Shown piece after piece: positions 16,700-23,201 of a stretch of 64,000 nucleotides of DNA. The first letter of the stretch is position 1; each line of letters opens with the position of its first letter. The stretch is from assembly GCA_004321885.1 (NCBI GenBank), contig SCQK01000013.1, positions 96,001 to 160,000 on the forward strand. The letters run 5' to 3'. The notes below the pieces were generated by a model, which did no database searches, was not told where the DNA came from, and was given only the letters and a program-made list of their open reading frames with translations. The stretch comes from Patescibacteria group bacterium. Lineage in GTDB: Bacteria; Patescibacteriota; Patescibacteriia; Magasanikbacterales; GWA2-37-8. The position numbers were made by a program, and so were the translations under genes.

Positions 16700-18118
16700 T
16701 TATCCATACGGTAACTCCTCTGGCTCTGGCGGTTCTTCTTTTCTCTCTTCTTCCACAGCAGGCCCGACAGGCAAATCCAAATCAATGGGCAAGCCAAACG
16801 GCGGCTCCGAGCGCTTGGTGGCGGATTTCTGCAACAACGGGGTCTTCACACTCGGCAACGGGAAGTGCCACAAAGTGGCCAGCTCTTCTATGTTCAAAAT
16901 ATAGGGCGTGCCGTACACTTTAATCTTGCGCTTCTTAAACGCGTTCACGAATTTGCGTTTTTTCCAAACCACTATAAGCTTCTTAAACGCGTAGTAGGCC
17001 TTGGTCACCACGTAGGGCGTGAGCTGGTTGCGGTTGACCATGCTAAATTGCTTTAGCGAGCCGACATAGCCGTCCAAGCACCGCGAGGGATTGAAAACTT
17101 CCTTGCGCGCCACATACAGGGCGCGTATTTTTGTCTTAAAGCCGACCTTGGCGATTTTGTCTTCCACGGCCTGCACCGTATTTTTCAGGCCCGGCGGCAA
17201 TTCGCTCACTTTGCCGGCCACGACCTCTTCCCTTTTGACTTCTTTTTCCTTTGGTTCAAAGTTCCAATTCCACACGTCCATGAGCATCTCAAACAGCTTG
17301 GCCGGCAAACCCAAAATGCCGCCCAGAATGCCGGCCTTGGCCGGGGCTTTTTTTTGCGCGATGATTTCCTTTACCAGACTGATGCCGGCGGCCTGCCAGG
17401 TATCGGCCACTGGCTCAATCACGATTTGCGTGAAAAAATTCTCGCCCGCCCCGAGTCGCGTGAAATTTTCCAGCACCGCGGCCATAGGGTCGTTGAACAT
17501 GGCGTCTTTGGTCACGCTGTGCTCAAACTCGGGATAGGTGCGGATGGGGTAGGCATTGTGGCCGGCTAAAGTGAATTCCACGCCGAAGACGTCTTCCGCG
17601 TCATTGGGAAATTTTGTCGGAATGACGCCGACATAATCCTCTATTTCCGTGATTTCGGCCGTCGGGTATTGGGCGTAAATGGCCGCTTCCACCACGTCGC
17701 GAAATTCTTGCTCGGTATAAATTAAAAATTGAATATAGCCGGCCATGGAAATAATCTCAAAGCTGAACCACTTTTGTTTTTTGCCCAGCCAAAATTTTTC
17801 GCCGACATTGGGCCCGACCAGCGCGCCCGACAGGTGCGAAAAAAGCTGTTCCACGGCCTTGGGGCTTTGAATCACCTCTTGCGGAATCTCAATGGCCAGC
17901 ACGAGCCATTTCCATTTGCTTGTGTAAAGCCCCTGCCGATACCACAGCCACAGCTCCTGCCCCATGTAGAAAAAAATTAAGAGCAAAATAGCCCAGCCGA
18001 TGATGCCAAACAGGGCCAAAATTATTTTTCCGCTGGACCACGTAAGCAATTGGTCCCAAAACGAAAAATTTAGATTGAATGAGACTCCGCCAAAAGGCGA
18101 CTCCATGCCAGTGGGCAT
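16700..18118 (-). CDS. ATPase-less paralogue of the N-terminal module of the 848-aa ATPase (7901-10447)
   Basis: shared blocks: LVLAIEIPQE/VLVIKVPKE, EQLFSHLSGAL/ETLFSAIAGL, FSFEI...AAIYAQYPTAEITE/SFEI...QQIHAQYPHAEILE, ELATLWHFPLP/EMASFWHLPNP; N-terminal TM; no P-loop. Confidence 0.65.
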   Translation of the reverse strand: MPTGMESPFGGVSFNLNFSFWDQLLTWSSGKIILALFGIIGWAILLLIFFYMGQELWLWYRQGLYTSKWKWLVLAIEIPQEVIQSPKAVEQLFSHLSGALVGPNVGEKFWLGKKQKWFSFEIISMAGYIQFLIYTEQEFRDVVEAAIYAQYPTAEITEIEDYVGVIPTKFPNDAEDVFGVEFTLAGHNAYPIRTYPEFEHSVTKDAMFNDPMAAVLENFTRLGAGENFFTQIVIEPVADTWQAAGISLVKEIIAQKKAPAKAGILGGILGLPAKLFEMLMDVWNWNFEPKEKEVKREEVVAGKVSELPPGLKNTVQAVEDKIAKVGFKTKIRALYVARKEVFNPSRCLDGYVGSLKQFSMVNRNQLTPYVVTKAYYAFKKLIVVWKKRKFVNAFKKRKIKVYGTPYILNIEELATLWHFPLPSVKTPLLQKSATKRSEPPFGLPIDLDLPVGPAVEEERKEEPPEPEELPYG

Positions 18119-18119
18119 A

Positions 18120-18281
18120 TCATTTATTTATAAACCGGTACACGCCGCCATAGATAATCAAAACCCCTAACACTGTCCACCACCAGCCAAACAAACCCGA
18201 AACATAGCCGGCGTAATAGGCAATAACGCAAATGATGGTGGCAATAGCCGCCACCATGTGACGCACGAGATTATCGGTCAT
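18120..18281 (-). CDS. 53-aa hydrophobic peptide (MTDNLVRHMVAAIATIICVIAYYAGYVSGLFGWWWTVLGVLIIYGGVYRFINK), absent from the ORF track
   Basis: two predicted TM helices; the stop lies 1 nt before the start of the 472-aa paralogue on the same strand. Confidence 0.4.
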   Translation of the reverse strand: MTDNLVRHMVAAIATIICVIAYYAGYVSGLFGWWWTVLGVLIIYGGVYRFINK

Positions 18282-18306
18282 AGATAATAATTACCACGTT
18301 AGTATA

Positions 18307-19221
18307 TCACACAACCGCCCGCCTTTGCCATTTTTCCGCCAGCACCAGCAGAGGGGCGGCGATAAAAATGGAAGAATACGCCCCGCTGGCAAAACCAATA
18401 AGCAGGGCCAGGGCGAAGTAATGGATAGAAGCGCCGCCAAAGAGATAAAGGGCGATAAGGGCGAACAAAGTGGTAACGGTCGTGTTGATAGAGCGCATTA
18501 AAGTCTGGTTCAGACCGTTGTTAACCACCTCGGCAAAGTCTTCGTTGCGCCGGCGCAATAAATTTTCCCTGATGCGGTCGTAGACCACGATGGTGTCGTG
18601 CACGGAAAAACCCAGCACGGTTAAGAGAGCCACCACGAAAGCAATATCCACCTCCACGCCCCAGCCATGCCCCAAAACCGAAAAAATACCCATCACCAAA
18701 AAGACGTCATGCACCACCGCGATTATGGCCAACAGGCCGTATTTCCAGCTGGCCACGGGCCGCGACACCTTGCGAAAGGCATAGGCGATATACAATATAA
18801 TGCCCAGGTTGACGAAGATAATGGCCCACACCGCCCGCGTGCGCAATTGCTTGCTTACGGCCGAGCCGATTGTTTCAAAACTAATTTCCTTCACCGTGTT
18901 TTCTTTGGTCTGAAAATTTTGCGTCAAGCGCTTTAGCGCCTCCTGATGTTTTTCTTCGCTCAAAAATTCGGTGCGGATAATAATGCTGTCTTCGCCGACG
19001 TTTTGAACTTGAACATTTTTCAAATCCACTTCGGCAAAAACTTTTTGCACATCAGCGGCCGGCGGCCGGTTGCGGCTAAACGATATTTCCAACAGAGAAC
19101 CGCCGGTAAAGTCAATGCCCGGCTTTAGCCCCCACATAAATATCAAAACAAAGGCGGCCACAGTTACCAGTCCGCTGAAACTAAGCAGTACCTTGGAATA
19201 CTTTATGAATGGTATGGTCAT
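18307..19221 (-). CDS. secF: protein translocase subunit SecF
   Basis: SecF signature KPGIDFTGGSLLEI plus a 6-TM core. Confidence 0.85.
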   Translation of the reverse strand: MTIPFIKYSKVLLSFSGLVTVAAFVLIFMWGLKPGIDFTGGSLLEISFSRNRPPAADVQKVFAEVDLKNVQVQNVGEDSIIIRTEFLSEEKHQEALKRLTQNFQTKENTVKEISFETIGSAVSKQLRTRAVWAIIFVNLGIILYIAYAFRKVSRPVASWKYGLLAIIAVVHDVFLVMGIFSVLGHGWGVEVDIAFVVALLTVLGFSVHDTIVVYDRIRENLLRRRNEDFAEVVNNGLNQTLMRSINTTVTTLFALIALYLFGGASIHYFALALLIGFASGAYSSIFIAAPLLVLAEKWQRRAVV

Positions 19222-19230
19222 AGTGAAAAA

Positions 19231-21333
19231 TTATGTATGGGATTGCTTCCCGCCAGAGGCGGGCAGGCGCTCTTCGCTCGCAATGACATTTTTTTTATGC
19301 CCCAAAAACATCCAATTGCCATACTCATTGAACCAGCGGAAAACAATGCGGATATTGATGCGGGTAACGGTAATGGCCGTAAACATGGAGACCAACGTGC
19401 CGATGGCCAACGTGACGGCAAAGCCCTGCACAAACCCGGTGCCAAACCATATAAGGAATCCGCAACTGATAAGGGTGGTGATATTGCTGTCGCGAATGGA
19501 CGGCCAGGCGCGCGCGAACGACTCCTCGGCCGCCGACAGCAAACTGCGGCCATTGCGTAATTCTTCTTTCATGCGCTCAAACACCAGCACATTGGCGTCT
19601 ACGGCCATACCGATAGACAAAATAAAGCCGGCAATGCCCGACAAGGTTAAAGTTACTCCGATAATCTTAAAGATGGCCAAACTTAAAAGGGCGTAGACGA
19701 GCAGAGAAACATTGGCCAACAAGCCGGGAAAGCGATAATAGCCAATCATGAAAAGCAAAACTAAAATCAAACCAACAATGCCGGCGAAAAAACTTTTACG
19801 CAGATACTCGGAACCCAAAGTGGCGTCCACTTTCTGCTGGCTGATGAGGTCTACGGCCACGGGCAAAGCGCCGGCGTTGAGGCGCTGGGACAAAAGCCGC
19901 GCTTCGCCGAGCGTGAAACTGCCCGAGATGACGGCCGAGCCGCTGGTGATGGCTTCGTTCACGCGCGGAATGCTAATGGGCTCACCGTCCAAAAATATGG
20001 CCACGTTCTTGCCCACATTGCGCGTGGTGATATCGCCGAACAATTTTGTGCCTTCTTCGTTGAATTGCAGATTGACCTGCACTTGTCCGGACTGATTATC
20101 CTGGGTTACCTCGGCGCGCTTGAGCTGCTTGCCCGACAAGCCCGAGCTTTTCCATTCCTCGGCCGGCGGCACGACATCGGAAGCCTGTTTAGTCTTCACG
20201 TACACGCGGGCCACCTCATATTCCCTGGACGGCTTTTCATCTTTTTTGTAAATAATGTGAAAACCGAATTTTGTTTCCACCGCATTGGACACAGCGCCCT
20301 TGGGCATCGCGCCCGCCGCCTCTTCAAACTCCGGCACCATTTGGCCCTTCTTAAACCAGCCCAGCTCTTCGCCGCGCACTTCCAATTTTTTATCCGGAGA
20401 ATATTGCTGTACCAACTGGGCAAAATTGGCGGGCGACGCCTGGGCTTTTATTTCACCGGCTCTTTGGCGGGCCTGGTCTTTGTTCAATTTGCTTTCACAC
20501 CCTTCGGCGCCGGCATAACAAACCAACAAGTGCGACGCGTTTATCATTTTTTCGCCGTCGCGGCCGGAGAGCCGTTTTACCACGTTCAAGCCGTCAAAAC
20601 TTTTCACCAGGGTTTTGCCCGCCTGGCCGTCTTTGGCTTTCTCGGCCCAAGCAAAAATTTCCGGATAAATTTCTTTGGTAATAAATCCCAGATTGCCGCC
20701 CTTGTCTTTGCTGGCCTGGTCTTCGGAATATTGGGCCGCGATTTTGCCGAAATCGGCCCCGGGTTTTAGGGCCGCGGTTAGAGCTGTTTTGGCTTTTTTA
20801 TCGGCCGCGCTGTTAAAAACGTCCAGGTCTTTTTTTTCTTGGGGTGTCAAATCGCGGGCCGGGTCGTGATTTTCTTCCTTAAATTCCAGTATCGGAGTTT
20901 CGCCAATCATTTTGATGGCCTGATTGACATCGGTAACGCCGGGCAATTCCACAATCACGCGATAATCGCCGCCGACCTTGGTGGTTTGCACCAATGGCTC
21001 GGCCACGCCCAGGCCCCCGCGCACGCGCCGCTCTATCACGTCGCGCACGCCTTCCACGGCGTCGCCGCGGTCGCCTTCGGGAATGGTTTCTGTTTTGGCC
21101 TGATAAACCAAATGCGCGCCGCCCTGCAAATCCAGGCCCAGATTAAAGCCCTTATCCGGCAAGCGGGGCAAACCGATGTTGGCCGCGTTGTTGAGCCAGT
21201 CTATGCCGCGGTTGGCGAACGCCGGCAAAACAATAAGCAGGGTGGCAATGGCCAAAGCGACCACGCCGGCCGCGTGCCATTTTAATTTTTTCGCCGACGA
21301 AACCTTGTTGGAAATTTTTACTGCCATAAACAC
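19231..21333 (-). CDS. secD: protein translocase subunit SecD with inserted parvulin-type PPIase domain(s)
   Basis: SecD motifs LGLDLQGG and GGLGVAEPLVQ plus the TM core; inserted segment ASHLLV...GEELGWFKKGQMVPEFEEAA...FGFHIIYK matches PpiC/parvulin; a second partial parvulin-like segment GADFGKIAAQYSED...GGNLGF. Confidence 0.85.
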   Translation of the reverse strand: MFMAVKISNKVSSAKKLKWHAAGVVALAIATLLIVLPAFANRGIDWLNNAANIGLPRLPDKGFNLGLDLQGGAHLVYQAKTETIPEGDRGDAVEGVRDVIERRVRGGLGVAEPLVQTTKVGGDYRVIVELPGVTDVNQAIKMIGETPILEFKEENHDPARDLTPQEKKDLDVFNSAADKKAKTALTAALKPGADFGKIAAQYSEDQASKDKGGNLGFITKEIYPEIFAWAEKAKDGQAGKTLVKSFDGLNVVKRLSGRDGEKMINASHLLVCYAGAEGCESKLNKDQARQRAGEIKAQASPANFAQLVQQYSPDKKLEVRGEELGWFKKGQMVPEFEEAAGAMPKGAVSNAVETKFGFHIIYKKDEKPSREYEVARVYVKTKQASDVVPPAEEWKSSGLSGKQLKRAEVTQDNQSGQVQVNLQFNEEGTKLFGDITTRNVGKNVAIFLDGEPISIPRVNEAITSGSAVISGSFTLGEARLLSQRLNAGALPVAVDLISQQKVDATLGSEYLRKSFFAGIVGLILVLLFMIGYYRFPGLLANVSLLVYALLSLAIFKIIGVTLTLSGIAGFILSIGMAVDANVLVFERMKEELRNGRSLLSAAEESFARAWPSIRDSNITTLISCGFLIWFGTGFVQGFAVTLAIGTLVSMFTAITVTRINIRIVFRWFNEYGNWMFLGHKKNVIASEERLPASGGKQSHT

Positions 21334-21377
21334 AATTATTATGTCATTCCGGGCTTGACCCGGAATCTATTTCCGTG

Positions 21378-21450
21378 TGGACGGTGCAGGACTCGGACCT
21401 GCGGCCCTTGCGATGTAAACGCAATGCTCTACCAACTGAGCTAACCGTCC
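21378..21450 (-). tRNA. tRNA-Val (anticodon TAC), no encoded CCA
   Basis: GGACGGTTAGCTCAGTTGGTAGAGC..TTGCG-TTTACAT-CGCAA..GCAGG-TCCGAGT-CCTGC-ACCGTCC-A. Confidence 0.8.
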
Positions 21451-21537
21451 GTCCGCATCTCGGCTATGATTTTACCCCTTTTTGCCTTTTTTGGCAAGAA
21501 CCATTGTCATTCCTGCGCAAGTAGGAATCCACAATCA

Positions 21538-21840
21538 TTACGATTCGTCCAAAATTATCTTTTCTTTGAATCCTCCCCTGTCTTCGGCCTTGGTGGCGCG
21601 TATTTTTTCCAGCTCAACGGCGTCATAACCCTTGAAATCGCGCATGGAATTGAGAACTTCGTAAAGGTCGCCCAAATCATGTGGCGATTCCGAGGAAAAA
21701 AACTCTCCCAGCTCCTCCAGCAGTTTTTCCTTCAACTTTTTCCAGTATTCCTCACTGCCGGCGATATGGTACACCGCCTGTCCGCCTTTGGCTTTGATGA
21801 TTTCGGGAATCTTGTCCCGCACGAGTTTATTGTATTTCAT
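21538..21840 (-). CDS. all-alpha NTP pyrophosphohydrolase (MazG/HisE-like) family protein
   Basis: MKYNKLVRDKIPEII N-terminus and E-rich helices typical of small MazG-like NTP-PPases. Confidence 0.5.
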   Translation of the reverse strand: MKYNKLVRDKIPEIIKAKGGQAVYHIAGSEEYWKKLKEKLLEELGEFFSSESPHDLGDLYEVLNSMRDFKGYDAVELEKIRATKAEDRGGFKEKIILDES

Positions 21841-21967
21841 ATAATCTAATCGCTGTCATTGCGAGCGAGCCACAAGCGAGCGCGGCAATCCCTTCCGTGT
21901 TTGGGATTGCTTCGCCCCTTCGGGGCTCGCAATGACATTTAAGTTTCAAAATAATTTTTACCTGTTT

Positions 21968-22195
21968 TTATCGCTTCCAACATGAAACGAACTTCAAATT
22001 TCCTATTTCAACGCCCAGTTCCTCCGTCGCTTCTCGTTTCACCGTTTCCATGGGGCTTTCTCCAAACTCCACGTGTCCGCCGATGGAACCATAACAACCG
22101 TCCGCGTGCGCGCCCTTGCGTTTGGCGAGCAAGGTCTTGCCATCTTTTATTATCACCGCCCCGGCGCCCACTTTGATTATTTTATCTTCCGACAT
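21968..22195 (-). CDS. NUDIX hydrolase, apparently truncated after the Nudix box by a family-B repeat
   Basis: Nudix box GGHVEFGESPMETVKREATEELG; the ORF stops about 25 aa after the box, directly abutting repeat 21854-21937. Confidence 0.5.
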   Translation of the reverse strand: MSEDKIIKVGAGAVIIKDGKTLLAKRKGAHADGCYGSIGGHVEFGESPMETVKREATEELGVEIGNLKFVSCWKR

Positions 22196-22257
22196 AATTG
22201 AAACTTCGAACTTCTGATTATTTGACTTAAAAATATGATTATGGTAGGGTGTTTTTG

Positions 22258-22505
22258 CCGTCAGAGAGTGCTCGAAGGCCCTACTCCGGAAGACGTCCCG
22301 GAGCCAGGAGGAGAAGCCGTCCCACCATTCCATGCCGCCGGCCACAGTCCGGCCGCGAGGTGCGCGCGCTCCGCTTCCAAAGGGGCATCTCGAAAACTGT
22401 GCCGGGGTGGTTTGGCGTCTTTGCGCCAGATTGCACCCCACATGGACAGCGTCCTCCTACGGGGAGGACTATGGTTGCTTAGCGCCATCAACCCTCTCTG
22501 ACGGC
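22258..22505 (+). other. GC-rich roughly 250-nt element closed by a perfect 12-bp inverted repeat (GCCGTCAGAGAG ... CTCTCTGACGGC) followed by a T-run; candidate structured ncRNA or MITE
   Basis: about 65% GC against an AT-richer background; terminal stem plus T9; internal hairpin CTCCGG-AAGACGTC-CCGGAG. Confidence 0.3.
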
Positions 22506-22514
22506 GCTTTTTTT

Positions 22515-22733
22515 TTATTTGTATTTCTTCAACAACTCATCTAATTTTTTCATGATTGGCGCGCGCCAGTCGTCAATCATTTGCGTCCTGATAAATTTTA
22601 CCATTTTTTTGTCTTCCGCCGTCATCTTTTTACTCTCAAGTTCGTAAATTTTTCCCAAAATAAAATAATCTCTATCTTCCTTCAAAACATAACGTTTTTT
22701 GTCAATCGGACGAATTTTTGGTAATTTGTTCAT
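22515..22733 (-). CDS. hypothetical small basic protein (start moved to the internal Met; upstream ORF-track residues derive from a family-C repeat)
   Basis: MNKLPKIRPIDKKRYVLKEDRDYF...; no known domain. Confidence 0.4.
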   Translation of the reverse strand: MNKLPKIRPIDKKRYVLKEDRDYFILGKIYELESKKMTAEDKKMVKFIRTQMIDDWRAPIMKKLDELLKKYK

Positions 22734-22760
22734 ACTACACAATTCGTTGTGGCAACAATC

Positions 22761-22846
22761 GTCATCCTGAACTTGTTTCAGGATCCCCACTGTCCAATTC
22801 GCCGACTCGCTCGATCGGAGATGCCGAAACAAGTTCGGCATGACAG
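22761..22846. repeat. family-C composite hairpins GTCATCCTGAACTTGTTTCAGGAT ... ATGCCGAAACAAGTTCGGCATGAC
   Basis: related copies 23161-23203 (ATGCTGAAATAAATTCAGCAT) and 46141-46157 (CCTGAAACAAGTTCAGG). Confidence 0.7.
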
Positions 22847-22865
22847 TGACGCGGCTGGAAACTTA

Positions 22866-23159
22866 TCACTCCCATTCGTCGCTCAAGTCTTTCAAAGTGG
22901 GATTAAGTCCTTTTACTAAATTTATTTTCCACTGACGATGCCAATTTTTGATTTGTTTCTCTCTGTTAATTGCGTCACGTGGATCCAAAAAAACTTCGTA
23001 ATAAACTAACTTTTTCAGATTATACTGTTTTGTAAATCCCTCATTGATTCCATTTTTATGTTCTTCAAGCCGACGTTCTAGATTGTTCGTTATACCTACA
23101 TATAAAACCGTGTTGATGATGTTTGTTAAAATATACACATAAAATGTTTTCCCCTCCAT
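22866..23159 (-). CDS. GIY-YIG nuclease superfamily protein (UPF0213-like)
   Basis: YVYIL...LYVGITNNLERRLEEH matches the GIY-YIG motif. Confidence 0.85.
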   Translation of the reverse strand: MEGKTFYVYILTNIINTVLYVGITNNLERRLEEHKNGINEGFTKQYNLKKLVYYEVFLDPRDAINREKQIKNWHRQWKINLVKGLNPTLKDLSDEWE

Positions 23160-23201
23160 ACGATTTGCGATTGGAGATGCTGAAATAAATTCAGCATGAC
23201 A

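Noticed and set aside
21466-21849. 127-aa plus-strand ORF
   Set aside because: It is antisense to the MazG-like gene and begins inside a family-A repeat.
22240-22510. RNase P RNA, tmRNA or SRP RNA identity for the GC-rich element
   Set aside because: None of the universal RNase P P4/CR motifs (GGAAAGUCCGGGCUCC, GGUAAGAGCGCACC, ACAGAACCCGGCUUA), the tmRNA 5' GGGG/tag ORF, or the SRP domain IV consensus could be found on either strand. It is kept only as an unclassified candidate.
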